This document shows, piece by piece, positions 1 to 8,480 of a DNA stretch of 64,000 nucleotides. Below the pieces are notes generated by a model. The model was not told the origin of the DNA. It searched no databases and worked only from the letters and a program-made list of their open reading frames with translations. Numbering within the stretch: the stretch's first letter is position 1; each line of letters opens with the position of its first letter. The translations under genes and the position numbers were made by a program. Origin of the DNA: an uncultured virus (IMG/VR IMGVR_UViG_3300027861_000002) (lineage: Duplodnaviria; Heunggongvirae; Uroviricota; Caudoviricetes; Schitoviridae); the IMG/VR virus record IMGVR_UViG_3300027861_000002; one strand, written 5' to 3'.

Positions 1-1424
1 CTTCGGAAACCCGAAGCACTTGCTAATCTCAATTCAACCATAATTTCAGCCAAACATTCACCACTTTTCATTTCTTCAGGAAAGTAAACTTTACCCATCT
101 TGAACCAAGGAACTACAATATTAAACCTCTGTAATTTGTTAGTATTAGGTCGAATTCCAGGTTTAGTAGTATTATTCTCACTAGCAAGGTTAAAGTAACA
201 GTTCCTAGTCAACATTTCCCTCTGTATCCAAGGAATGAACCCCCCCTGTTGACCACTTACCTCTATTCCTACCTGTTGAGGCTGATATTCTGCACATAAC
301 CGAAATAAATCATCAATATTCTTATCCATCAACTGTTTCTTACATATTCCATCTACCCACAGCCAATCCCCATTGTTATTATAAGCCCAAACACTTATAA
401 CACTAAAATCTGAACTAGTTTTTTCACTAGTAGCAAAGTCAGTAGTAACATAAAAGTTAAACATACCCTTATTCTGCAATACTTGACTATGTTTATACCA
501 CTTTATTTCATGATCCTGTATTAATCTATCTTCATCAGACATGATCCTCAACATTAGCTCTTGATTAAAGGTATCTATCTTACCTGCCTTAAGAGCTCTA
601 TCATATTTACCCTTAACATAGTCATAATGGAATCTATCCTCCCAACTACCCTTAAAGTCTTCCTTCTTACAAGGAAATTCTTCACATACTGGATACACAT
701 TCACTACCCAAGCACCACTCTCTACAGCCTTATACAAAGGATCCCTACTATTAAAAGGAGTACCTGACCAAATAGTCTTACTTTTGGTAGGATGGAGTGC
801 ATAATCAATAGCTTTATAAATAGTGTCCTCTATACTGGAAATAATGGTAGCAGATCTTGCATCCTCATCACTAACCAAGTCATCCAATACAGCCAAATCT
901 ACCCTTCTACCTAATTCCTTAGCCCCCCTTACTCCTGTCTTGGCACCATACATCTTAACTATTAACTTTTTACCATCAACATTAGTAAATTCCATCCTAA
1001 CATCTGTAAACCTAGTATGAGGTATAAACTTCTGAAGGAACTCACTATTCTGCCATCTATACTCAACATTCCTTCTCATATTCTTGACCCCATTCTCAAT
1101 AGAGTCACTCACATATATAGCCAATTCAACACCAAAGTCAGCAATACCACCATATACAGCCAAATACAGAAACAAATACTCACCCATCATAGTTGTCTTA
1201 CTCATTCCCCTATGACACATATTAACGATATGGCTTTCATCACCAGCAATGGTATCCAACATCTTATAATGCACAGGAGGAGTCTTATGTTCTTCTCCCT
1301 CCTCACCATTCACCATCTTAATAAAGTTAATAAACTCCAATGCAAAGGCACTAGGAGTGTAACCAATATTATCACCATAATCAGTGGTATTTAACCACTC
1401 TTCAACTGTCTTTGCTTCATCCAT
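1..1424 (-). CDS. terL: Terminase large subunit (N4 gp68-like), 3'-truncated by the window edge
   Basis: Absent from the ORF track because it runs off the edge. Manual translation from ATG at 1424 gives MDEAKTVEEWLNTTDYG...FALEFINFIKMVNGEEGEEHKTPPVHYKMLD, and the same frame reads ...ELRLASASGFR at the edge. Resembles N4-like terminases and sits next to the gp69-like gene. Confidence 0.9.
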   Translation of the reverse strand, partial: MDEAKTVEEWLNTTDYGDNIGYTPSAFALEFINFIKMVNGEEGEEHKTPPVHYKMLDTIAGDESHIVNMCHRGMSKTTMMGEYLFLYLAVYGGIADFGVELAIYVSDSIENGVKNMRRNVEYRWQNSEFLQKFIPHTRFTDVRMEFTNVDGKKLIVKMYGAKTGVRGAKELGRRVDLAVLDDLVSDEDARSATIISSIEDTIYKAIDYALHPTKSKTIWSGTPFNSRDPLYKAVESGAWVVNVYPVCEEFPCKKEDFKGSWEDRFHYDYVKGKYDRALKAGKIDTFNQELMLRIMSDEDRLIQDHEIKWYKHSQVLQNKGMFNFYVTTDFATSEKTSSDFSVISVWAYNNNGDWLWVDGICKKQLMDKNIDDLFRLCAEYQPQQVGIEVSGQQGGFIPWIQREMLTRNCYFNLASENNTTKPGIRPNTNKLQRFNIVVPWFKMGKVYFPEEMKSGECLAEIMVELRLASASGFR

Positions 1425-1606
1425 TAATTATGCACCATCACTACCCCATCAGGAATCATCCTTCTAGCCTTATGGATCTCTTCCAAAGTACTATCCCAAA
1501 GATCAATCCTTACAGGATCACTTGGCTTATCAACTAGAACCAATAAAAGAGAACTATATTCCTCACTCCTACCACTCCTATACGTAATTTTAACCCTCAT
1601 TAGCAT
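1424..1606 (-). CDS. Hypothetical protein
   Basis: 60-aa ORF; stop overlaps the terL start (TAATG). Confidence 0.55.
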   Translation of the reverse strand: MLMRVKITYRSGRSEEYSSLLLVLVDKPSDPVRIDLWDSTLEEIHKARRMIPDGVVMVHN

Positions 1607-1896
1607 ACCTCCACATCAACCCAAGCTTTCCTGAACTTCCTATAACTAGGAATAAATTCCTTAATAAATCGAATATACTGAATGAAACCAACAGGAGCCA
1701 CATATATGTATAACTCTGTACAAAACCAATAAAAACTAGGTCTAGGTTCACTAGATAAGAATACATCACCATCAGGAATAGGATTCTCTTGAGGAGCTAC
1801 ATACTTAGAATCATGAGACACAGCAGCTTGATCAATATCATTCTCTTCCATAAAATCATTAAAGACTTTTATATATTTTGAATTACTATTAGGCAT
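1600..1896 (-). CDS. Hypothetical protein
   Basis: 98-aa ORF overlapping both neighbours in the same operon. Confidence 0.6.
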   Translation of the reverse strand: MPNSNSKYIKVFNDFMEENDIDQAAVSHDSKYVAPQENPIPDGDVFLSSEPRPSFYWFCTELYIYVAPVGFIQYIRFIKEFIPSYRKFRKAWVDVEVC

Positions 1897-2569
1897 CTAT
1901 GACTTCTCCTTGGACTAACTTGCTATGGGCTACTTCTTTAACTGTAACCAGATTCATCTCTATCATCTCTTGTTGCTGTTTAGCAAGAGCCATAGTACTT
2001 GCCCTTAAATCATCAATGACATTATCAGTTCCATGCTTTACATCAATAGCTATCTTAGTAACCTCAGTAGGCTTCAGATGGGTCAACAGACTATTAGCAG
2101 AATCACTTCTAACCTTCTCACTATTGGCATACATCATCAATTCTGCCTGAGTATTAATAGCCTTCTGATACAGATCAATATTCAATACATGCATAGGAAC
2201 AAGAGTCTGTTCCATAATCTTATTAACCAACTGATTCTTATTATAAGCACTCACATAACTAGAAATAGTCTTATCATCTGCTCCATTATTAACTAACTTC
2301 TGAAACCTATGAGGGAAAGTCTTGGTATAAGCATCTACATTACTTGAACCAAGTAACTTATAAGTTACGTACTTAACAGCATCAACATAACTCTCTATCT
2401 TATACTTACCATCCTTCATTACAGAAGTATAGCCAAGAAGATTATCCCTAAAACTCTCCCTTACTACATCATCTCCTGTAATACCATTGAGGGTATTCAT
2501 AAACTCATCAGTAATTTTACCCTTAATATTCTTAGGCATAACTTTAACTAGTACTTCTTTAGTAATCAT
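1889..2569 (-). CDS. N4 gp69-like protein (putative terminase small subunit)
   Basis: 226 aa (FRDNLLGYTSVMKDGKYKIESYVDAVKYV...SEKVRSDSANSLLTHLKP); conserved position upstream of terL in N4-like phages. Confidence 0.75.
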   Translation of the reverse strand: MITKEVLVKVMPKNIKGKITDEFMNTLNGITGDDVVRESFRDNLLGYTSVMKDGKYKIESYVDAVKYVTYKLLGSSNVDAYTKTFPHRFQKLVNNGADDKTISSYVSAYNKNQLVNKIMEQTLVPMHVLNIDLYQKAINTQAELMMYANSEKVRSDSANSLLTHLKPTEVTKIAIDVKHGTDNVIDDLRASTMALAKQQQEMIEMNLVTVKEVAHSKLVQGEVIDA

Positions 2570-2582
2570 ATTCGATCCAATA

Positions 2583-2792
2583 TTAATAAAATTCTATCTT
2601 ACCATCTGGTAACATAACATGGCCCAACTCATGCAATAATTCAAAGGTACAAGTATACCTAGAAGGAACCAATATAGTATGAGGTCTATTACCCTCTAAC
2701 CTTATACCCCTAAACCTTGCTCTATCATTTACAGGATAAAACTTAATACCTGTATCAAATATCATTACTACTTCTTTCATATACCTATCCAA
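2583..2792 (-). CDS. Hypothetical protein (terminase-ATPase-like fragment?)
   Basis: 69 aa containing RGIRLEGNRPHTILV; first gene of the - strand block. Confidence 0.45.
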   Translation of the reverse strand: MDRYMKEVVMIFDTGIKFYPVNDRARFRGIRLEGNRPHTILVPSRYTCTFELLHELGHVMLPDGKIEFY

Positions 2793-3133
2793 TATAAATA
2801 ATTCAAACCTTTCAGGCCGATAACCAGAGTTTAGACTTTAGACTCCCTTATGTCAAATTTACTTGTTGGGAATCATTCTTATTTAGAATTTCGGACATAG
2901 GTAAATATTATTTTTAGGAAAATAATTTTGTGTATGGTTTCAGCTTGAAAAGCTATATTAGGGATTGTTGATGCAGGTTTTTTAGGAAAATTAAAAATAG
3001 GTATGAGATCAGTACTTATGTGTAGAACTACACCTACACCGAACACCCCCCCACCAAGCAATCCTAAAGGATTGTTATTAATCAGTTGAGGTAAACCTCA
3101 TGTTGAGGAGCCATAACACAAGGATAACTAACC

Positions 3134-3364
3134 ATGTCAGACAAACAAATGGGTATGTGGGCATCACTAACAGCAATCGTTAGAACAGCACCAGCTACAG
3201 TACTAGACTCTAAGGAGAGACTAGGCAAGACATCTAGCCTTGTGCTAGACAACATAGACATAGAACTGCTATCTAACAAGTACGAAGGTCTTAAGGAGCT
3301 TAATGACAAGTACGGTACTGAAGTAGAAACATTAAATGAATTAGCAAATAAATTTGGTTTATAA
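3134..3364 (+). CDS. First early gene, hypothetical protein
   Basis: 76 aa, AAGGA RBS upstream, followed by an intrinsic terminator. Confidence 0.7.
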   Translation: MSDKQMGMWASLTAIVRTAPATVLDSKERLGKTSSLVLDNIDIELLSNKYEGLKELNDKYGTEVETLNELANKFGL

Positions 3365-3369
3365 AGATT

Positions 3370-3397
3370 AGGGACGTAAAGTCCCTTCTCTTTTTTT
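3370..3397 (+). terminator. Intrinsic terminator
   Basis: AGGGAC-GTAAA-GTCCCT hairpin followed by a T-rich tract. Confidence 0.7.
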
Positions 3398-3470
3398 CCT
3401 AAACAAGACCTATACAGATAGGGCATACAGTACACCTGTACACTCCCTAAACACTAAAGATAGGGCTTGT

Positions 3471-3490
3471 ATTACTCAAGGAATTAATTA
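3471..3490 (+). promoter_or_regulatory. Early repeat motif copy 1 (ATTACTCAAGGAATTAATTA)
   Basis: Near-identical copies at 3806 and 4214, each at the head of a terminator-bounded unit. Confidence 0.65.
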
Positions 3491-3494
3491 GTAC

Positions 3495-3800
3495 AGGATA
3501 GGGGATCAAACCCTAGTATGTAGCAAGCCTATTGCACTGTAATACATACGACATATCCTAGTGATGCAATCATATTGGCTCATTACCAATATGCAACTAG
3601 TCGGTGGAGTCATACTCTGCAAGTTATTACGAAAATAGGCATAATTGTCTCGGAAGTATATTGGCTCAAATATACTCGTAAATTACGAAGGCTCTGAGCA
3701 GGCAGTTGATATGTATTAAAGTAATTGACATTGAGGAACTGACGAGTTCAACCAAGCATTACATATCTAATCCATAAACCCTCTTCGGAGGGTTTATTTT
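3495..3800 (+). ncRNA. Candidate structured non-coding RNA
   Basis: No ORF of 60 aa or more; many nested inverted repeats; lies between motif copy 1 and a terminator. Confidence 0.55.
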
Positions 3801-3801
3801 T
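3776..3801 (+). terminator. Intrinsic terminator
   Basis: AAACCCTC-TTCG-GAGGGTTT then ATTTTT. Confidence 0.85.
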
Positions 3802-3805
3802 ATGC

Positions 3806-3824
3806 ATTACTCAAGAATTAATTA
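3806..3824 (+). promoter_or_regulatory. Early repeat motif copy 2 (ATTACTCAAGAATTAATTA)
   Basis: Immediately after the terminator, upstream of ORF 3886. Confidence 0.65.
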
Positions 3825-3885
3825 ATAAAGGTTTAGAATCAGTACCTACATAAACTGGTTCATCTTTCAATAAGGAATTAATATC

Positions 3886-4176
3886 ATGGCTTTACAAAAC
3901 AACAACAAACCTTCAAACAAATCAGACTTCAAAAAGGCTGATGTATTCATAAATTTCACAGCTACAGCTAGTAGTCCAAATGTAGAAGGTCAATTCGATC
4001 TCCCTACACATAACCAGTCTTTGAAGTTATATGCTGATGAAGACATTATTAGTAGATCTATTTACCATAAACTACTTCAGGATCCTAATGCTGACATTAC
4101 TATAACCTTTAAAGTTAATAGCGTTAGATTGGCTAAACAACCTATCAGTGATACTGATGCAGATATTCCTTTCTAA
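3886..4176 (+). CDS. N4 gp2-like ssDNA-binding transcription activator with an SSB-like acidic tail
   Basis: KKADVFINF motif, position just before RNAP II subunit 1, C-terminus DTDADIPF. Confidence 0.55.
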   Translation: MALQNNNKPSNKSDFKKADVFINFTATASSPNVEGQFDLPTHNQSLKLYADEDIISRSIYHKLLQDPNADITITFKVNSVRLAKQPISDTDADIPF

Positions 4177-4183
4177 TCTTTTT

Positions 4184-4209
4184 GAGCCTCTTAATGAGGC
4201 TCTTTTTTT
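4184..4209 (+). terminator. Intrinsic terminator
   Basis: GAGCCTC-TTAAT-GAGGCTC followed by T7. Confidence 0.85.
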
Positions 4210-4213
4210 CTTC

Positions 4214-4232
4214 ATTACTCAAGAATTAATTA
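4214..4232 (+). promoter_or_regulatory. Early repeat motif copy 3 (ATTACTCAAGAATTAATTA)
   Basis: Immediately after the terminator, upstream of the RNAP II genes. Confidence 0.65.
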
Positions 4233-4250
4233 GTTATGGATTTATTTATT

Positions 4251-4272
4251 GGGTACTCCGTACCCTTTTTGA
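4251..4272 (+). promoter_or_regulatory. N4-type hairpin promoter candidate (GGGTAC-TCC-GTACCC-TTTTTG)
   Basis: 6-bp stem with a 3-nt loop (GGA on the template strand), then a T run and G; same architecture as N4 virion-RNAP promoters. Confidence 0.6.
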
Positions 4273-4302
4273 AATATTTACTTATTAAGGAGATAGATAG
4301 TT

Positions 4303-5202
4303 ATGAACCAAGAGCAATCAGATTTGGAACTCACATATTCAAAGAAGCTAGTTAACCTAGCTTGGAGGAATACTAATGTTGATCCAATATTGAAACAGGA
4401 GATGATAGATAGATTAGATACCTATAGGACAGGTAGTTACTACCAATCCAAGAACGATAGATTAGATAGCATTAACTCTGTTGATAGCTCAGATATCATT
4501 GATGAAATAATCATAGCTACAGTAGCTATCAGAGATATGTCTGTAATCCAACAAGTAATAACTAAGCTAGCTCATAAACTATTTAGTTCATTGGATCAAA
4601 TACAGGCTGTTACAACAGTGATAGAAATACTCACAGTTCTATGTGAGTTTGATCTATATCACATCTACTTCAAGGAAGATGTTAACAATAGTTTAGGTAC
4701 ATTAGCTATCAAATCTAATATTCCTATCTCAGCAGAGATGGAAGAATATTTGGATCAAGTTCAATACCCATTACCAATGATATGTGAACCAAATGATTGG
4801 AATACCAACAGAGATGGTGGTTATTTACATGGATCAATTCACTGTGTACTAGGCAAAGGAAACTTCCATGAAGAAATTCAAGCCTTAGATAGGCTTAATG
4901 AACTTCAATCAATCCCTTGGGAAATCAATCCCTACATACTTCAGTACGAGGAGAAACCGAATAAACCAGAGAAACTCAAATTACCTGAACAAGTTACCCA
5001 GTTCAAGAAACATAGCAAGAACTCAGGTAAATGTTATGCAGAAATGATAGCTAGAGGGAACAAGTTCTACTTCACTTGGAAGTTTGACAAGAGAGGTAGG
5101 GCATATTCATGTGGATATGATATCAATTTGCAGAGTTCTCAATATAAGAAAGCAGTAATTAACCTAGCCAATAAAGAGATTATACCTCTAGAGGCAATTT
5201 AA
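4303..5202 (+). CDS. Phage RNA polymerase II subunit 1 (N4 gp15-like)
   Basis: T7-family N-terminal half: YPLPMICEPNDW and FYFTWKFDKRGRAYS (DxRGR motif). Confidence 0.93.
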   Translation: MNQEQSDLELTYSKKLVNLAWRNTNVDPILKQEMIDRLDTYRTGSYYQSKNDRLDSINSVDSSDIIDEIIIATVAIRDMSVIQQVITKLAHKLFSSLDQIQAVTTVIEILTVLCEFDLYHIYFKEDVNNSLGTLAIKSNIPISAEMEEYLDQVQYPLPMICEPNDWNTNRDGGYLHGSIHCVLGKGNFHEEIQALDRLNELQSIPWEINPYILQYEEKPNKPEKLKLPEQVTQFKKHSKNSGKCYAEMIARGNKFYFTWKFDKRGRAYSCGYDINLQSSQYKKAVINLANKEIIPLEAI

Positions 5203-5302
5203 GCCTCTCTAAGAGGACTTCATCTTTAATCTAGTAAATCATATCAACTAGGTATAGATCAAATGATCTATACCTACAAATTTACCTCTAAGGAGAATAT
5301 AC

Positions 5303-6292
5303 ATGTTTCAGCGATTCACAGGAATTCAATACTTGGCATTAGATATAGCAAATACTTTTGGACTAGACAAAGAATCTTTCGATTCTAGGCTAGATTGGGT
5401 AAGGTTACATAGGGCAGAACTGGAGTCATTTGCAGAAGAAGCAGATGAACCTATGTTATTTCTTAAAGGTGTAAAAGCTCTTAGAGATGTAGAAGCAGGA
5501 AAACTTATAGGACATAATGTCTTTTGGGATTGTACAGCTAGTGGTCTACAGCTAATGGCTTGTCTCACAGGATGTGAGGCTACAGCATTAGAAGTAAATA
5601 TTGGTACTGATGAGAGGAAAGATGTGTATATATCTGTAGCTAAACAGATCAATGAGGAATGCGGTTTTAGCTTTACTAGACAAGATGTTAAACCTGCACT
5701 GATGACAAGATATTATAATTCTATACTCAATCCAATAGAAACATTTGGTGAAGATACAGATGAATTGAAAGCTTTCTATACAATCTTAGGCAAATCCTTT
5801 AAAGGAGCTGAAGAGTTTATGGAAGATTGCAATGATATCTATCAGAGCTATAGGAAAGATGTATATAGCTGGACATTACCAGATGGTCATGTAGCTGTAT
5901 GCCCTATAACTGTTACCAAGGTAACTAAGTTAGAGATTGATGAACTGAACCATGAGAAGGTTGCATATACTCATTCAGTGAACCAATGGAATAAGAAGGA
6001 CAGATCACTACCTGCAAATATCATTCATTCAATTGATGGATATGTAGCTAGAGAGATGGTTCGTATGGCTAGAGAACAGGGATTTGAGCTTGCCCATATA
6101 CATGATGCATTCACATTTTTACCTAACTATGGTAATCAAGTAAGACAGAACTTCTTAGACATACTCCAAGGGATAGCTAAGAGTAATCTATTAGGTGATA
6201 TCTTCAATGAAATAGCAGGTGAAGATGTAGGTTGGGAAAGAGTAGGTGATATCTCAGAATTGATCCATAAATCAAACTACGCTCTTTCATAG
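5303..6292 (+). CDS. Phage RNA polymerase II subunit 2 (N4 gp16-like)
   Basis: Motif A DCTASGLQ, motif B RQDVKPALMTRYY, ANIIHSIDG, motif C IHDAF. Confidence 0.95.
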   Translation: MFQRFTGIQYLALDIANTFGLDKESFDSRLDWVRLHRAELESFAEEADEPMLFLKGVKALRDVEAGKLIGHNVFWDCTASGLQLMACLTGCEATALEVNIGTDERKDVYISVAKQINEECGFSFTRQDVKPALMTRYYNSILNPIETFGEDTDELKAFYTILGKSFKGAEEFMEDCNDIYQSYRKDVYSWTLPDGHVAVCPITVTKVTKLEIDELNHEKVAYTHSVNQWNKKDRSLPANIIHSIDGYVAREMVRMAREQGFELAHIHDAFTFLPNYGNQVRQNFLDILQGIAKSNLLGDIFNEIAGEDVGWERVGDISELIHKSNYALS

Positions 6293-6298
6293 GGCTAC

Positions 6299-6336
6299 AG
6301 GTACTAGAGCTGAGAAGCTTTAGTACCTATTTTTTT
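6299..6336 (+). terminator. Intrinsic terminator
   Basis: AGGTACTAGAGC...GCTTTAGTACCT hairpin followed by a T tract. Confidence 0.8.
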
Positions 6337-6339
6337 GTC

Positions 6340-6357
6340 GCTCCGCTCTCTTTTGTG
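6340..6357 (+). promoter_or_regulatory. GCTCCGCT phage promoter-like motif
   Basis: Same core intergenically at 15689 and 28623; resembles the N4 promoter hairpin core but with a weak stem. Confidence 0.55.
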
Positions 6358-6385
6358 AATTTTTAAATCAATTAAAGGAACAGAC

Positions 6386-6724
6386 ATGAAACTAACAATA
6401 TTAAGTGTACCAATGATATTTCCACAAACAGCAGTATTAAGTACTGCAATCACGCTTAATGAAGCAAGAGAGTTAGTAGCAGATGCAGAAGAAGTCATCA
6501 ACTATTGTGGTCACTCAACCATGTTAGCCCTTGGTATTGAACCAGCAACAACTAGGGATCAATGTGAGTCTTATACTGATGCTTTGGTTCTCAAGCCAAA
6601 CGCTCGTTTAGAATTTGGTAGAGAGTACTCTGTTGAAGAGATCATGGATATTGGTGTAACAGCAGTTCACTTGAGAACACTAACACCTCTTTTTGATAAA
6701 GAAGAGGGTCGAATGTATTTTTAG
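6386..6724 (+). CDS. acrIII-1: DUF1874 / AcrIII-1-like viral ring nuclease (putative anti-type III CRISPR)
   Basis: 112 aa; INYCGHST, TRDQC and ARLEFGREYSVEEI align by eye with the GH, R and RLxEGxxLxxEE motifs of DUF1874 proteins. Confidence 0.65.
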   Translation: MKLTILSVPMIFPQTAVLSTAITLNEARELVADAEEVINYCGHSTMLALGIEPATTRDQCESYTDALVLKPNARLEFGREYSVEEIMDIGVTAVHLRTLTPLFDKEEGRMYF

Positions 6725-6733
6725 GAGTAATTT

Positions 6734-6925
6734 ATGTCTACAATAATCAGGGTATTAGATAGTAATAATAGGCTTGTAGATACATTCAAGCTCCACAGTA
6801 ATAAATCAGTCAAAGCCTTACAGGAGATGCTTGAGTATCAACATTATCCTAAAGGAATGAAATTCATCATTGGTGAAACCAATGGTATTTTAAACCAATT
6901 AGAGTATAGAAATGACGCCAGTTAA
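6734..6925 (+). CDS. Hypothetical protein
   Basis: 63 aa with GGAG RBS. Confidence 0.65.
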   Translation: MSTIIRVLDSNNRLVDTFKLHSNKSVKALQEMLEYQHYPKGMKFIIGETNGILNQLEYRNDAS

Positions 6926-7098
6926 ACATGAGTTTAAAGCTACTGCTATTAGCTTTGACAATGGTCGATCAATACATAAAGTATAGCTAAAACCTAAAGG
7001 TTAAGACCTTTTTAACATTTTTAAAAACCTAAAGGGAAAATCACTAGTTTTTATGAATTAGTGGTATATACTACCTAAAGGATAACAGGAGTAAAATA

Positions 7099-7431
7099 AT
7101 GTCAGAATCAATCAAAGAATCAGGGAAAGAATTCATCTTAATGAGCTTGGATTTCTTTAATGATAAGGTAGGAAGTGAAGTATTGATTATACTTACTTTC
7201 TTATTAAGTTCAATTGTAGGTCAGTTAGGTAATGACCAAGAAACTAGGAGTAAGTTAATTGAGCAACTAACAGGTATGCTCGAGGTAGATAACAAGGATG
7301 AGTACAAGAAGCTCAAGAGCTATCTACAAGGTATGTATGATGCTGAAGAGGAAGAGGAACAAAACATAGATAAGTTAGAAGATCTAGACCTTAGTGACAT
7401 TAAAATTGAGAAAGTGGGGATGATGCATTGA
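7099..7431 (+). CDS. Hypothetical acidic protein
   Basis: 110 aa, AGGAG RBS. Confidence 0.7.
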   Translation: MSESIKESGKEFILMSLDFFNDKVGSEVLIILTFLLSSIVGQLGNDQETRSKLIEQLTGMLEVDNKDEYKKLKSYLQGMYDAEEEEEQNIDKLEDLDLSDIKIEKVGMMH

Positions 7432-7859
7432 AGATTAAAATATTGAATGACAAGCTTAAACCTGAACACCTACAACCTAGTACTATTGGATCAGCAGGAT
7501 TAGATCTAAGATATTTAGGTAATACTGCTATAGAAGTTAAATCAAGAGAACTACATAAGATTCATACAGGGATAGCTATACAACTAGATAGTGATTCAGT
7601 TGGATTAGTATTCCCTAGAAGCTCTACAGGATGTAAAGGTTTAGTACTTGCAAACACTATTCCTGTTATAGATTCAGATTATAGAGGTGAAATCATATTA
7701 CCTTTTATGTTCTTAGGTGAAGTTAGTTATACAATTCAACCTATGGATAGAATTGCTCAATTAGTAGTAACTAAGATTGAACAACCAATATATGAGCTTG
7801 TACAGGAATTGGATGATACTGAAAGAGGTACAGGTGGATTTGGTAGTACTGGTAAGTAG
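7428..7859 (+). CDS. dut: Trimeric dUTPase
   Basis: AGLDL, PRSS, VIDSDYRGE, DRIAQLV and RGTGGFGSTG motifs. Confidence 0.96.
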   Translation: MKIKILNDKLKPEHLQPSTIGSAGLDLRYLGNTAIEVKSRELHKIHTGIAIQLDSDSVGLVFPRSSTGCKGLVLANTIPVIDSDYRGEIILPFMFLGEVSYTIQPMDRIAQLVVTKIEQPIYELVQELDDTERGTGGFGSTGK

Positions 7860-8038
7860 ATAGTACGCAATACCCCAGTCAGCGGAGGGGATTAATATCA
7901 CTGACAGATAGGCTATTATTCCCTCTCCTTTAGGTAAATAGCTCCATAAGAGTTACTTACTTATTTTGGCGGATAAAAGTGACTATTTGACTTTAGGGTG
8001 GAAAGTAACCCTATCTAATTCAATTCAAAGGAAAATCA

Positions 8039-8317
8039 ATGATTAATACTAATTTAAGTCCAGATCAAATGTTAGATATCTGTGGCTTTGTCACAGAGCA
8101 TAAGAAGACATTTCAAGAGAATAAATTGAACTTAGGTGCTATGGCTTTGTTCTGTAATACTCACTTCGATTTTGAAGTGAAAAAACATGACATAGTATTT
8201 CTATGTGAAGCAGTAAAGATTCTATTGGATCAAAGGAACCAACCAGTAATGCATGTAGCTAAAAAGATAATTCATGATTTACAAGGTCAAATACAGGAGT
8301 TAAAAAATGAAAGTTAA
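8039..8317 (+). CDS. Hypothetical protein
   Basis: 92 aa with AAGGA RBS. Confidence 0.65.
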   Translation: MINTNLSPDQMLDICGFVTEHKKTFQENKLNLGAMALFCNTHFDFEVKKHDIVFLCEAVKILLDQRNQPVMHVAKKIIHDLQGQIQELKNES

Positions 8318-8480
8318 TCCAATTAATTCTAATGGCTCTGACCATGTTATCCGAGGTGGCTCGTGGTACGACAACGTGGGCCTCGCCAGGTCTGCTCTCC
8401 GTGGCTGGTACTTGCCAGGCCTTCGTGGCGGCAACGTTGGTGTTCGCTTAGTAAGAAAAGCAAAACAAGGAAATAAATAA
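8307..8480 (+). CDS. 57-aa peptide equal to the C-terminal variable-region module of an FGE-sulfatase/CLec fold (copy A)
   Basis: Below the ORF-track cutoff. Manual translation MKVNPINSNGSDHVIRGGSWYDNVGLARSALRGWYLPGLRGGNVGVRLVRKAKQGNK; AGGAG RBS; stop overlaps the next start (TAATG). Confidence 0.8.
   Translation: MKVNPINSNGSDHVIRGGSWYDNVGLARSALRGWYLPGLRGGNVGVRLVRKAKQGNK

Noticed and set aside
561..1394. + strand ORFs 561, 823 and 1017
   Set aside because: Antisense shadows of the terminase gene.
3736..3750. Hammerhead ribozyme core CTGACGA
   Set aside because: It lies within its own GAACT/AGTTC hairpin, and I found no correctly placed stem II-GAAA-stem III.
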